Shown here one piece after another: positions 28,587 through 39,144 of a stretch of DNA of 64,000 nt (its first letter is position 1; each line of letters begins with the position of its first letter). The stretch comes from Clostridia bacterium (GTDB lineage: Bacteria > Bacillota > Clostridia > Oscillospirales > CAG-272). A program made the position numbers and the translations under genes. The notes under the pieces were generated by a model. That model saw only the letters and a program-made list of their open reading frames with translations, was not told the origin of the DNA and searched no databases. The stretch is from positions 5,219-69,218 of the forward strand of contig JAFTOI010000003.1 of assembly GCA_017463865.1 (NCBI GenBank). The letters run 5' to 3'.

Positions 28587-29819
28587 TCACACCACCTGGA
28601 AGGTGTAGAATTTGAGGTAGTCGGTCTCGGGGATGGTTGGCACGATGGGGTGGTCGGGCGACTGCTGGCGGGCTTCGATCTGGCGCAGGGTCACCTGCGC
28701 GTCGGCGGCGGCCTGACGGAGCATATCGCGGAAATAATCGTCGCGCATAAAGTGCGAGCAGGAGCAGGTCGCGAGGTAGCCGCCTCGCGGCAGCAGCTGC
28801 ATGGCGCGCCGGTTGATCTCACGATAGCCGCGGATGGCGCTCTTGAGCGTGTCGCGGCTCTTGGTGAAGGCCGGCGGGTCGAGGATGATCATGTCGTAGT
28901 CGCACTTTTTCGCCTCGCCCATCTGCGTGAGCAGCTCAAATACATCGGCACAGAGGAAGTCCATCCTGCCCTCGAGGCCATTGAGCGCCGCGTTCGCCCG
29001 CGCGCTGGCGATGGCATGCTCAGACACATCGACGGCTGTCACATGCTCAGCTCCGCCTGCGGCGGCATTGAGCGCGAACGCGCCGGTGTGCGTAAAGCAA
29101 TCAAGCACCCGCCGCCCGCGCGCCAGCTTGGCGACGGCGGCGCGGTTGTACTTCTGATCGAGGAAAAAGCCGGTCTTCTGCCCGTCAAAGTAGTCAACGG
29201 CATAGCGGATCCCGTTTTCGACGATCTCGACGCTGCCGTCGAGATCAGTGCGCAGGCCTTCGCCCGGCCAGAAGGCCGTGTACTGCTCCAACCCCTCCAG
29301 CTCGCGGATCTTGACGTCGTTGCGCTCGTACAGCGCATCGATTTGCTCGCCGCGGGCACGCAGATCGTCCACAATCAGTCGATAAAGCATCGGCTTGATC
29401 CGCTCGATCCCGCGCGACAGGCACTGCGTCACCAGCACTGGGCCAAAGCGATCGACCGTCAGTCCGGGAAAACAGTCCGCCTCCCCGAAGATGAGCCGAC
29501 AGCAGGCAAAATCGGCGTCGCTGCCCATGACAGTGCGGCGGTAATCGATGGCATATTTGATGCGGCGGGCAAAAAACGCCTCGTCAAAGCGGTCGTTGGC
29601 GTTGGTCGAGATGATGCGCACGCGGATCTTCGACTGCTCACAGACAAAGCCGGTGCCAAGAAAACGCCCCTTCAGCGAGCGCACCTGCACCAGGCCGCCG
29701 TTCTCGTACTCACCGTCCACCGCGCGGATCTCCTCTGCGAACACCCACGGGTGCCCGCCCTTGATGCTCCGCTCCGCCTTCTCGCTGACCTGCATGATCG
29801 CCATTTGTGTGTTTTCCAT
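28587..29819 (-). CDS. Class I SAM-dependent rRNA (cytosine-C5) methyltransferase, RlmI-like (PUA + MTase)
   Basis: ORF trimmed to ATG 29819 (AAGGAG RBS). GGHPWVF PUA-type start, SAM-binding VLDCFTHTGAFAL, DPPAF motif. Confidence 0.8.
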   Translation of the reverse strand: MENTQMAIMQVSEKAERSIKGGHPWVFAEEIRAVDGEYENGGLVQVRSLKGRFLGTGFVCEQSKIRVRIISTNANDRFDEAFFARRIKYAIDYRRTVMGSDADFACCRLIFGEADCFPGLTVDRFGPVLVTQCLSRGIERIKPMLYRLIVDDLRARGEQIDALYERNDVKIRELEGLEQYTAFWPGEGLRTDLDGSVEIVENGIRYAVDYFDGQKTGFFLDQKYNRAAVAKLARGRRVLDCFTHTGAFALNAAAGGAEHVTAVDVSEHAIASARANAALNGLEGRMDFLCADVFELLTQMGEAKKCDYDMIILDPPAFTKSRDTLKSAIRGYREINRRAMQLLPRGGYLATCSCSHFMRDDYFRDMLRQAAADAQVTLRQIEARQQSPDHPIVPTIPETDYLKFYTFQVV

Positions 29820-29932
29820 AGCTGCTCCTTCAAATTTTACTTCCAATATTATACCAAAAACCCCGATGATTTTCAATACCTTTTGCGCAATCACCGCAAT
29901 TCGATCGGTATCGAACGTCATCGGGGTTTTAT

Positions 29933-31507
29933 TTAGATCAGCAGATACTGCACTCCTTCCAGCGAGGCCGGCAGGTCACTGCCCTCGCTGGGCTGCAGAT
30001 GGTTTGCCGAGGCAACCTTGGCGCAGCTGACGCGGTAGCGCTTGCAGATCGACCAGATCGAGTCGCCCGGCTCCGGGTAGCAGACGACGCAAGCCGCTTC
30101 GCGCGCCACATCGCTTGGCCGATAGGCCGCGCGGGCGAGGATGCGCTGCTTCTGCCGCGCGAACAGGCGGGTCGCGGCGGCGATCTCCGCATCAACACTC
30201 AGCCGTCGGGCATCGCCATCGCCCTCACAACGGGTGCGAAGGCCGCAAACCGTCATCTCAACCGCGTGATCGGTCACCATTGCCTCACCGCAATCGACTG
30301 TGTACGCGAGCGGGAGCACCATCTCCCCTGCCCCATACTCGCCGTCGAGCCGGTAGATCACGCTCAACCGACAGCTGCCGTTCAGCTTGCAGCGGCCGTT
30401 CGCCAGTTCCATGCTCTCGATTTGCGGCGCGGCGGCAACATCAACGATCTCAGCGGCCGGATCGATCCCGGCCTCCTTGAGCGGCTCCGCGCCGGTCATC
30501 GTAAAACTGCCGTTCGCACAGCGCGCAAGGCTCGAAACCTCGATCTCGCGGTAGTTCGCGTCCTCGATCTCGCCGTCGGTGGCGTAGAGATCGGCAGTCA
30601 GCGCCAACTCAGCCTCCCCTGCGGCTTCGGCTTCGAGCCACATGGTCGCGTCGCAGAGGATGCGCCCATCCTCGATCTGCACGGCCAGATCGCCGCAGCG
30701 GCCCCAGGCGCGCGCCGCCATGCCGGGCGCGGCGTCGGGGAGCGCGAGCTGCTCCTCAAAGGGGAGCTTGCGCAGAGTCACCTCCGGCTCGCTCACCATG
30801 CCGTCCTGCTCAACGCAGGTGAGCAGCTGCAGGATCAGCTCGCCGCGGCAGGTGACAGTACCGTCACCGACGGTGGCGTCGGTGACATTGACACAGCCAT
30901 CGGCGCGGATAACGCGGGTCTCCCCCGCCCCGTCGGCGAGCGGGATCTCGTCGCCGAGGTCGATCGGCTCGCTTGCGGCGCGGAGCAGGCGCATGGCGCG
31001 GCAGGGTTTTGTCAGGCGCTCGAGGGAGGCGGGGGAGGGATTGCCGTCAATCTCGGGCTCAACGGGCTCATCGCCCCAGGCGTGGACGTGGGTGCGGAGA
31101 CGTGCGCGCATGTTGAGCTTGCGCGGGCCGGTGACGCGGCTGACGACTGAGTCGACCGTCGTGTCGGCGGCGGGATCGAGGCCGTGGGCGAGCTGGTCGG
31201 CGTCGACGGGGGTGGAGGCGGCGTAGTCCTGGCGGAGGCGGGTGGACCAGAGGTTGCCGTCGGCGCCGGCGTAGGTGACGAGGTATTCGACGGCGCCGCT
31301 GAATTCGGCGGAGCTGGCGCCGAGGTAGCGCGACTCGGGGAGGACTGCGGGGGTGACGCGCAGGAGGCGCTTGATTTCGGGGAGGTAGTCGGGGAGGGCG
31401 AAGTCGGTGGCGAGGTCGGTGGCGACGGTGCGGTCGAGGAGGGGAGCTGGGAGCGCGGCGGGGGGCGCGAGGGTGAAGGCGGCGGCGGGGCGGGTGTTGT
31501 TGTCCAT
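29933..31507 (-). CDS. DUF3794-like repeat protein with a C-terminal LysM domain (sporulation/cell-wall associated)
   Basis: The C-terminal 45 aa (GDSIWSICKRYRVSCAKVASANHL) fit LysM. The start is ambiguous (ATG 31516 or 31507); 31507 has better SD spacing. The DUF3794 assignment is from memory. Confidence 0.6.
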   Translation of the reverse strand: MDNNTRPAAAFTLAPPAALPAPLLDRTVATDLATDFALPDYLPEIKRLLRVTPAVLPESRYLGASSAEFSGAVEYLVTYAGADGNLWSTRLRQDYAASTPVDADQLAHGLDPAADTTVDSVVSRVTGPRKLNMRARLRTHVHAWGDEPVEPEIDGNPSPASLERLTKPCRAMRLLRAASEPIDLGDEIPLADGAGETRVIRADGCVNVTDATVGDGTVTCRGELILQLLTCVEQDGMVSEPEVTLRKLPFEEQLALPDAAPGMAARAWGRCGDLAVQIEDGRILCDATMWLEAEAAGEAELALTADLYATDGEIEDANYREIEVSSLARCANGSFTMTGAEPLKEAGIDPAAEIVDVAAAPQIESMELANGRCKLNGSCRLSVIYRLDGEYGAGEMVLPLAYTVDCGEAMVTDHAVEMTVCGLRTRCEGDGDARRLSVDAEIAAATRLFARQKQRILARAAYRPSDVAREAACVVCYPEPGDSIWSICKRYRVSCAKVASANHLQPSEGSDLPASLEGVQYLLI

Positions 31508-31580
31508 GGTTTTCATCCTTTCGGCAGTGCGGTTTTGTGGTACAAGATATGCGCCGGCGGGATGGATTATGCGGAAAAGC

Positions 31581-31605
31581 AAAAAAGAAGCCCCCTTGCG
31601 GGGGC
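31581..31605 (-). terminator. Rho-independent terminator of the SLH protein gene
   Basis: Minus strand GCCCCC-GCAA-GGGGGC followed by TTCTTTTTT. Confidence 0.75.
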
Positions 31606-31630
31606 CCCTTTTTTGTGACTAATTTGTTAA

Positions 31631-34600
31631 TTAGCCGCAGATGATAGCCTCAGATGCAAATTCAGCACCAGTAGTGATGAACTTGTAGGTGTTGCCAGTG
31701 GTCAGAACAGGAGTTACAGTACCAAAGTCATCTACATAAGCAATGGTAAGAACACCGTTGTCACCAGTGCGAGTCCAAGTAACCTTCGCGCTGGAACCAG
31801 TGGAAGCAGGACCCCAACCAAGGGTCAGAGCGTTTGCATCAACGGTTGCCCACAGAGTGGCGGTGCCATTCTCAGCAACATTGTAGATCTTAACGCCAGA
31901 GAAGGTCTGGTTGCTAACATTCTGGATAGTGATAACCGAGCCGGTCTCGCCATTTGCAACAGCAACTACGCCTTCCTTAGCAGCCTCAGCATCAGCAGCA
32001 GCCTTATCAGCAGCGGCGATAGCAGCGGTAATCTGAGCAGGACCGTTTGCCTTGATGACATCGGCACGAGCAACGGTGATATCAGCGCCTGCAAGCTCAG
32101 CAGTCAGACGATCGTAGGTTGCCTTTGCAGCAGCTACATCTGCACGATCGTTGTAAGCAGCATCCAGAGCAGCCTGAGCAGCCTTAACAGCTTCAGTAAG
32201 AGCGGTTGCAGCAGCATTCTTGTCTGCATCAGCCTTGTCAGCAGCGGCAGCAGCGGTAACGATCGGGAGGTGCTTAGCAAGCATTGCATTGACCTCAGCG
32301 ATGGTCAGGGAGCCATTGATGGCAGCCTTAGCCACAGCGAGCTCGTCAGCAGCGTAAGCGCCAGCAGCGGCACTCAGAGTCTTGATTGCATCAGACTTTG
32401 CACCAGCAAGAGTAGTGGTGGGAGTGCTGGGAGTGTAATCGTTGATAGCTGCACCCTTGATAACGGTAGCAACGAAGCTCTTACCTGCGACATAGTCGTA
32501 GTACATAGCACCATTGTACTTACCGCCGTCATTGGCGCTGGACTTAGCGTCGTTTACAAGCTCGATGCGGTAGTAACCGTCATCGCAAACATTCTTGATT
32601 GCAGCATTCTCAGTGTAGATCAGAACATCATACGCGAAGGTAACAGCTGCATCATAGAAGTCGTTGTCACCGCTAACAAGCAGGACATTGTTGCTGGGAG
32701 TATCGCCACTCAGAGTAGCAGCAGAATCGTATACAGGAGCATACGCCTTGCCATCCTTTACAAGACCGCCATAGAGGAGATCCTCAAGAACTGCCTTGGA
32801 GTCGGTAGCATACTTAGCAGTGGTAATAGAAGTGGTACCAATGGTAGCGATCGGGATGAGCTTCTCCTCATCGGTCAGCATGGTCCACTCGCCGTTCTTC
32901 TCAGCGTAGATAGCGCCGATCGGCTTGGGAGTGTTGTAGAAGTAACCGCCATAGATAGCATTTGCAGAGTTGTACTCATCCAGGCCACCAACAACCGTTA
33001 CAGTCTCGGTAGCACCAGTGGAGATGTTGTACAGGCCAGTATAGGTGTAAACGATCTTACCGGTCGTAGCGTCGTAAGCTGCAGTTACAGCAGTCTCGTT
33101 GTCAAGATACTCAGCAGAGTTACGGCCAAGAACCATGTAATAGTTGTAACCGCTGGTGGTGTTGGTGGTATCCCAATCGCCATACCAGATGTCCTCGCAG
33201 TTCACATCAGCACTTGCAACAAGGATGAAGTCGTTGCTGATAGAATATGCATAGACAGGGCGAACAGCAGCGGTGGTCTCGGTAGCAGGGACATAGTGGA
33301 AGTCGAGAGTACCGTCCAGAACACCGGTGTAGGTCTTCATGCCGTTCTTACCGATAACGACGAGCTTAGACTCCTCATCGGTAACAACAGCGTACTGAGT
33401 GCTGGTGCTTGCGTTGGTCCAAACAACCTTAGTGGAAATACCATTGATGAAGGAGATGTTAGCAGTCTGCTTCATGTAGGAAGGCTGACGATAGCTTACG
33501 CCATTGTTGCCCCAGTAGAGCTCGTGGTCAGTGTAGATCTCATAAACACCGTCCTCGGAAATACCGGTAACGATGAAGAGATACTGACGCTCGACATTCT
33601 CAACAACTTCAGTTTTAGGATCATCCTTGGTGTTAGGATCATCAACATCAGCAGTCAGGGTCTTGAAGAAGTCAGCGATAACAGCCTTCTTCATGGTCTC
33701 CATAGCATTGTTGCCAAGAGAACCGATACCAGAGAACTGGAACTGGAGAGCTGCGTAGTCCTCAACGAGGAGGCCATAGGAGAAGCCGTTGATAGCACCG
33801 ATCTTGACGATCTGCTGCTCACCGGTCTTGTCAACGTAAGCCTTAACGAGGATGTTACCCTCTGCGTCAACGCCAACGATGTCGCCTTCGTACTCATACG
33901 AAGTGTAAGCAAGGCCATTGACCTTGTTATAGGTGCCGTAGTCGAATGCCATCCAGCCGCAATCATTGCCAGCGTCGCCAACCTTGATTACGCGGCCTGC
34001 AAGAACGAGGTAGCTCATCTTCTTGTAGGTGTTACCAACAAGAGAAGCATAGATGGTCTCGGAGTAGCCGTAGCTGGAGAGATACTCGTCGATGGTCTTC
34101 AGGTCATAAACCTTGGAACCGCCGTAAGGAGTAACAGCAGTCTCGTTCCAACGATAGCCGAGCTTATAGGTCTCGCCGTCGATGGTAACAGTTGCATTGT
34201 TGTAGATGTAGGTAGAAGTACCGCTATTCCAAGCGTAGGTACCCTGGGTCATGTTCTGGACAGTACCAGCAACAGGCTTGCCAAGGTTCTCAACGACGGT
34301 CATAGTGCGGGAGTAGGGGTTGTAGTAGTAAACTACATACTCACCAGATGCAGGACGGCCTTCGCCAAGGAAGAACATCTCGCTCTGCTGAACCTTGCTA
34401 GCGCGAGGAGAGGTACCCCAATCGCCAGAAGTGTTGGTAGCCCAAGCCTTCAGGTCAACATCATTGACCTCAACAATGTACTTCTTGGTGGAGTCAGTGT
34501 AAGCCTTGGACTGATCAAATCTCCAAGCGCCGGTCTCGTTGGAAGCTTCATACTTACCAACAGAGTAAGGGATGTAGATAGCACGATCCCAGTTGCCATC

Positions 34601-36004
34601 GTTGTTATCATCAATCAGAGTGATCTCAGAGAACGAAACAGTGGTCAGATCGCTTGCAGTGGTGGTGATACCATACTGCTGAACAGAGAGGTTGGTACCA
34701 ACTGCAACATCGGCAAAATCTTCCTCGGTAGCAACACGGTAACCAAGGCTGGTGGTACCATCAGTTGCGAAGACCTCTACATAGTAGGTATTGGTCCAGT
34801 GGTTGTACATCAGTGCAACCTTACCGGTTTCAGGATTAAGGATGTTGAATGCGCTGTCATAGATATAGTACGAAGCGGTGGTGTCGGTAGCACCCTTGTA
34901 CATGGAGTGAACAATCAGCTCGGGCTGCTTGTTGGTGTAAGTAGCCTTGTTGTTCAGATCGGTGAACTCCTTAACCAGCTTATAAGTGGTGCCATCGATC
35001 TTAACAATGTTATCCGTGACGTTCATGTACTTGGTACCAGCAACAATAGCCTTACCCTCGTCACCATAGTTCTTAACAGTCTTGGTAGCGTTAGCAACTA
35101 CATTGTAAACGCCAGCATAGTTGTTATAGGTGTAGATGGTGTAAGAGTAACCAAGCTTGGTCTCAGACTCACGCTGTGCCAGGCCGAGTTCAGCCTCAGT
35201 CAGGTGAATGATGTTGTTGAGATCGTAAGTACCGTCAGCATTCAGGGGAGCGAGTGCGACGTACTTGGTCTGCTCGTTAGCAGCTGCGCCTTCGTAGTCA
35301 ACGCGGTAAACGCGATCAGCGCCTACGAGGTACTGCAGCTCAGTAGCAACAACAACGTAAACCTTCTCCTCAAGGCCGAAATTCTGCTGAGCGAAGGAAG
35401 CAGCGCCGTCAACCTTGACATAGAGCATGTTCTTCAGGATCTGGATCATCTGACCGCGGGTCAGTGCAGCATCCTGTGCGAGGGGCTCGAGGCCCTCCAT
35501 CAGACCCAGCTCCTCACCAACTGCGAGGAAGCCATTGGGGTAAGCCAGCTGCTTGCTACCAAGGGCGCGAACTGCCATGGTAATAGCATCCTGGTAGGTA
35601 ATGGCGCCGTTAGGATCGAAGCAGTTGTCGCCAACGCCGGGGATCCAGCCCTTACCCTTGATGATGCCGTTCTCGTCAGCAAACGAGATAGCACCGAAGT
35701 AGTTGACAACATCGCTGTAAGGAGTGGTGTTGTCGGAGACCTTGTTCCAGTACTGGTCATTGGTCTCGCCGGTCATGATACGTGCAATGAAGAGCGCCAT
35801 CTGCCAACGAGTGACACCGTTCTCAAGAGCGAAGTCAATGCCGTCGCCCTTCAGGATGCCAAGCGCTGCCAGATCCTCTGCAGCTGCGGTGTAGTCGTAA
35901 ACGACTTCTTCAGCAGCAGCAGTCTCTTCTGCAGCAGATACCGTGACCATGCCGCCCAGAACCATCATGGTTGCAAGGACGAGTGCAAGAATTTTCTTGA
36001 ACAT
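31631..36004 (-). CDS. SLH-domain cell-surface protein (S-layer-type), 1457 aa
   Basis: Signal peptide (VTVSA|AEE). N-terminal SLH repeats (...DLAALGILKGDG...VTRWQMALFIARIM...; ...PYSDV...ISFADENGIIKGKG...AITYQDAITMAVRAL). Thr/Tyr/Asn/Gly-rich body. AAGGAG RBS. Confidence 0.85.
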   Translation of the reverse strand: MFKKILALVLATMMVLGGMVTVSAAEETAAAEEVVYDYTAAAEDLAALGILKGDGIDFALENGVTRWQMALFIARIMTGETNDQYWNKVSDNTTPYSDVVNYFGAISFADENGIIKGKGWIPGVGDNCFDPNGAITYQDAITMAVRALGSKQLAYPNGFLAVGEELGLMEGLEPLAQDAALTRGQMIQILKNMLYVKVDGAASFAQQNFGLEEKVYVVVATELQYLVGADRVYRVDYEGAAANEQTKYVALAPLNADGTYDLNNIIHLTEAELGLAQRESETKLGYSYTIYTYNNYAGVYNVVANATKTVKNYGDEGKAIVAGTKYMNVTDNIVKIDGTTYKLVKEFTDLNNKATYTNKQPELIVHSMYKGATDTTASYYIYDSAFNILNPETGKVALMYNHWTNTYYVEVFATDGTTSLGYRVATEEDFADVAVGTNLSVQQYGITTTASDLTTVSFSEITLIDDNNDGNWDRAIYIPYSVGKYEASNETGAWRFDQSKAYTDSTKKYIVEVNDVDLKAWATNTSGDWGTSPRASKVQQSEMFFLGEGRPASGEYVVYYYNPYSRTMTVVENLGKPVAGTVQNMTQGTYAWNSGTSTYIYNNATVTIDGETYKLGYRWNETAVTPYGGSKVYDLKTIDEYLSSYGYSETIYASLVGNTYKKMSYLVLAGRVIKVGDAGNDCGWMAFDYGTYNKVNGLAYTSYEYEGDIVGVDAEGNILVKAYVDKTGEQQIVKIGAINGFSYGLLVEDYAALQFQFSGIGSLGNNAMETMKKAVIADFFKTLTADVDDPNTKDDPKTEVVENVERQYLFIVTGISEDGVYEIYTDHELYWGNNGVSYRQPSYMKQTANISFINGISTKVVWTNASTSTQYAVVTDEESKLVVIGKNGMKTYTGVLDGTLDFHYVPATETTAAVRPVYAYSISNDFILVASADVNCEDIWYGDWDTTNTTSGYNYYMVLGRNSAEYLDNETAVTAAYDATTGKIVYTYTGLYNISTGATETVTVVGGLDEYNSANAIYGGYFYNTPKPIGAIYAEKNGEWTMLTDEEKLIPIATIGTTSITTAKYATDSKAVLEDLLYGGLVKDGKAYAPVYDSAATLSGDTPSNNVLLVSGDNDFYDAAVTFAYDVLIYTENAAIKNVCDDGYYRIELVNDAKSSANDGGKYNGAMYYDYVAGKSFVATVIKGAAINDYTPSTPTTTLAGAKSDAIKTLSAAAGAYAADELAVAKAAINGSLTIAEVNAMLAKHLPIVTAAAAADKADADKNAAATALTEAVKAAQAALDAAYNDRADVAAAKATYDRLTAELAGADITVARADVIKANGPAQITAAIAAADKAAADAEAAKEGVVAVANGETGSVITIQNVSNQTFSGVKIYNVAENGTATLWATVDANALTLGWGPASTGSSAKVTWTRTGDNGVLTIAYVDDFGTVTPVLTTGNTYKFITTGAEFASEAIICG

Positions 36005-36179
36005 GGTTGGTTTTCTCCTTCAAAAATAATTATTTTTTCAGGTGAAACTGCTCTATGTTCAACCGCACCTCCGGGCTCGAGCCGTTCGCTCATACCCGAT
36101 TTAGCTAGAACCGGGTATCAACCCGTTCCGCGGATGCACGGCATCCCACAGAGATTTCCCTGTGAGCATATGATACCCT

Positions 36180-36208
36180 ATCCAGGGATTTTTTGCAAGA
36201 GGTATTTG
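36180..36208 (-). promoter_or_regulatory. Sigma-A promoter TTGCAA-17-TATCAT for the SLH protein gene
   Basis: Minus strand: -35 at 36203..36208, -10 at 36180..36185. Predicts a 5' UTR of about 168 nt. Confidence 0.55.
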
Positions 36209-36260
36209 CCTTTTGTAACGGGAGTGTAATAATAAACCGTGTTTAATATTACGCTTTGTC

Positions 36261-36295
36261 AAAAAAGCCGCCAAAATTGCGGATTTTGGCGGCTT
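36261..36295 (-). terminator. Rho-independent terminator
   Basis: AAGCCGCCAAAAT-5 nt-ATTTTGGCGGCTT with a T6 run on the minus strand, 27 nt after stop 36322. Confidence 0.8.
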
Positions 36296-36321
36296 TCCAG
36301 GGAATTATGCGGCAGATTATG

Positions 36322-36921
36322 TCACACCCACTGGTCGTTTGTCGGGCCCGGACGGTTGACCGGCTGGCGGTTGCGCAGGATAAAGATCAGGATAGGCGTG
36401 ATATTGAACAGGATTGTCAGCACGAGGAAGACCACCGCCAGATTCGGGGCGAAGAGCGAATAAATCTTCCAATATATAATATAAAGCACGATCGAATACA
36501 CCGTCGACAGCAGCGAGAGAGGCGCCATCAGGCCGAACATGCTGCCGTAGAGGGAGAGCATATCATATTCGCTGTACTCTCCACCAGCTGCCATCACATT
36601 GAACATATCGCCGATCATAAAGATACACAGTGCTACAGCGAGGGCAGTGATCACGATCTCACCGATCAGCGCAATATGCCGCCACGGCCAGGATTTTTTC
36701 CCCTGTGTGGGGTTCTGTTCGGCCAATTGACCGATCAAATATGTGCTGGCAAAGGGTACAAACCCCATCCAGGGATGGCGCAAACCGCAGGTTTTGGCCA
36801 TTTTCATCAGGCCAAGACCGTTCAATACGTACATTGCAACACTGAATGCAAGCACAAGCAGATAAAAAATGATGATCAGCACACTCACTACGCCCATTGC
36901 GACCACACTTGCTCCAGCCAT
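36322..36921 (-). CDS. Small polytopic membrane protein, unknown function
   Basis: 199 aa with 4-5 hydrophobic helices. Strong RBS (GGAGGAGGAAGG). The antisense 282-aa ORF is His/Asp/Gln-rich shadow sequence. Confidence 0.7.
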   Translation of the reverse strand: MAGASVVAMGVVSVLIIIFYLLVLAFSVAMYVLNGLGLMKMAKTCGLRHPWMGFVPFASTYLIGQLAEQNPTQGKKSWPWRHIALIGEIVITALAVALCIFMIGDMFNVMAAGGEYSEYDMLSLYGSMFGLMAPLSLLSTVYSIVLYIIYWKIYSLFAPNLAVVFLVLTILFNITPILIFILRNRQPVNRPGPTNDQWV

Positions 36922-37059
36922 TTTCCTTCCTCCTCCGTTAAATCATTAGATCAACGTCTAATTCTGATTTTATTATCGATATCGTTTTTGATGTTAGTGA
37001 AATATTCGTTCGAATCATTTCTAACGATCTATTACAAACAACACGGCTCAAACAAAGCA

Positions 37060-37083
37060 GGGAGAGGCTGTACAGCCCCTCCC
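37060..37083 (-). terminator. Probable terminator of pckG
   Basis: 9-bp G/C stem with one mismatch (GGGAGAGGC / GCCCCTCCC), followed on the minus strand by CTTTGTTTG. Confidence 0.55.
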
Positions 37084-37100
37084 CACGAGTTTGTTGTAAA

Positions 37101-38882
37101 TTAGCCCAGTCTCTTCTCGAGGGCAGCGAGCTCTTCCTTCATCTCTGCGGGAACGCGGTCGCCGACCAGAGCGTAGAACTCCTTGATGTTCTCGACATCG
37201 GCCTTCCAGGATTCGGTATCGACCGAGAGGAGGTCCTTGATGGTGTCGAGGGTAACATCGGACAGGCCTTCGATGTTGATGTCCTCAGCCTTCGGCACGT
37301 AACCGATTGCGGTCTCAACAGCGTCAACCTTACCCTCGCAGCGAGCGAGGATCCACATCAGGACGCGCATATTGTCGCCGAAGCCGGGCCAGATGAAGTG
37401 GCCTTCGTCATCGGTGCGGAACCAGTTGACGTGGAAGATCTTCGGTGCGTTCGGGATCTTCTTACCCATGTCGATCCAGTGCTGGAAGTAGTCGCCCATG
37501 TCGTAGCCGACGAAGGGACGCATTGCCATCGGGTCGCGGCGAACGACACCGACTGCACCAGCGGCTGCTGCAGTGGTCTCGGAAGCCATGATGGAACCGA
37601 CGAAGGAACCGTGCTGCCAGTTGAAGGACTGGTAAACCAGCGGAGCGGTCTTTGCGCGGCGGCCGCCGAAGACGATAGCGGAAACCGGAACGCCGTTTGC
37701 GTTCTCGAACTCCTTGGAGAGGCAGGGGCAGTTGACAGCCTTTGCGGTGAAGCGGCTGTTCGGATGAGCGCCGCAGGTGGACTTATCCTTCTTGTCGTAC
37801 TTGGTGTAATCCCACTTGTTGCCCTTCCAGTCGATGGCATTTGCAGGCGGGTTGTTGTCGAGGCCTTCCCACCAAACGGTGTTGTCGTCGAGGTTGTGGA
37901 CAACATTGGTGAAGATGGTGTCCTTCATGGTGGTGTGGAGTGCGTTGGGGTTGGACTTCTCGTTGGTACCGGGAGCAACGCCGAAGAAGCCGTTCTCGGG
38001 GTTCATTGCCCACAGGCGGCCGTCGGAACCGACGCGCAGCCACGAAATATCGTCACCGACGCACCAGACCTTGTAGCCCTGCTTAGCGTAGATTTCCGGC
38101 GGAATGAGCATAGCGAGGTTGGTCTTGCCGCAGGCAGACGGGAATGCAGCGCAGATATACTTGGTCTCGCCGTTCGGGAACTCAACGCCGAGGATGAGCA
38201 TGTGCTCAGCCATCCAGCCTTCCTTGCGGCCGAGGTAGGATGCGATACGGAGTGCGAAGCACTTCTTACCGAGCAGGACGTTTCCACCGTAGCCCGAGTT
38301 GATGGACCAGATGGTGTTGTCTTCCGGGAAGTGGCAGATGTAGCGGTTCTCCTCGTCGATATCAGCCTTGGCATGCAGGCCCTTGATGAAGCCGGCATCG
38401 TTGCCCATTGCGTCCATAACTTCCTTACCGACGCGGGTCATGATGAGCATGTTGAGGACGACGTAGATGGAGTCGGTCAGCTCGATGCCGTACTTGGCGA
38501 ACTCGGAGCCGACGATACCCATGGAGTAGGGGATGACGTACATCGTTCTGCCCTTCATCGAGCCGCGATACAGCTTGGACAGCTTGTAGTAGCACTCGTA
38601 GGGATCCATCCAGTTGTTGATGTTGCCGGCGTCTTCCTTGTTGGTGGTGCAGATGAAGGTACGACCCTCAACGCGGGCAACGTCGTTGATTGCGGTTCTG
38701 TGCAGGTAGCAGCCGGGAAGCTTATCCTGATTGAGCTCGATAATCTCGCCGGTCGAAATAGCCTGCTTGCGGAGCTCGTTGGCCTGCTCCTCGCTGCCGT
38801 CGATCCAGACGATCTGATCAGGGCGGGTCAGAAGAGCCATTTCTTCAACCCAGCTGCTAACATAGGTGTTCTTGATTTCCAT
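37101..38882 (-). CDS. pckG: Phosphoenolpyruvate carboxykinase (GTP)
   Basis: 593 aa. Kinase-1a loop FPSACGKTN. Full-length GTP-PEPCK-type sequence. Confidence 0.93.
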   Translation of the reverse strand: MEIKNTYVSSWVEEMALLTRPDQIVWIDGSEEQANELRKQAISTGEIIELNQDKLPGCYLHRTAINDVARVEGRTFICTTNKEDAGNINNWMDPYECYYKLSKLYRGSMKGRTMYVIPYSMGIVGSEFAKYGIELTDSIYVVLNMLIMTRVGKEVMDAMGNDAGFIKGLHAKADIDEENRYICHFPEDNTIWSINSGYGGNVLLGKKCFALRIASYLGRKEGWMAEHMLILGVEFPNGETKYICAAFPSACGKTNLAMLIPPEIYAKQGYKVWCVGDDISWLRVGSDGRLWAMNPENGFFGVAPGTNEKSNPNALHTTMKDTIFTNVVHNLDDNTVWWEGLDNNPPANAIDWKGNKWDYTKYDKKDKSTCGAHPNSRFTAKAVNCPCLSKEFENANGVPVSAIVFGGRRAKTAPLVYQSFNWQHGSFVGSIMASETTAAAAGAVGVVRRDPMAMRPFVGYDMGDYFQHWIDMGKKIPNAPKIFHVNWFRTDDEGHFIWPGFGDNMRVLMWILARCEGKVDAVETAIGYVPKAEDINIEGLSDVTLDTIKDLLSVDTESWKADVENIKEFYALVGDRVPAEMKEELAALEKRLG

Positions 38883-39144
38883 GTTCTATCTCCTTGCAAA
38901 ATTTAGATTTTTCAAGTTACAGATACCCTTGTTATCCAGCATATATTTTACACTATTTCTGCAGAAAAAGCAAGAGGAAAAATGCAATTTTTTCAATTTA
39001 ACACTGCGTTAATATTTGTCCCGCAGACTGCACACACAACGCGGGCCCGGTGTGCGGAATTTTTTACAAACTTCCCCTTTTCAAATCGGGCCGAATGTGA
39101 TATAATAATATAATCGGTATATTTTTATCAAAAGGAGTTCTTCC

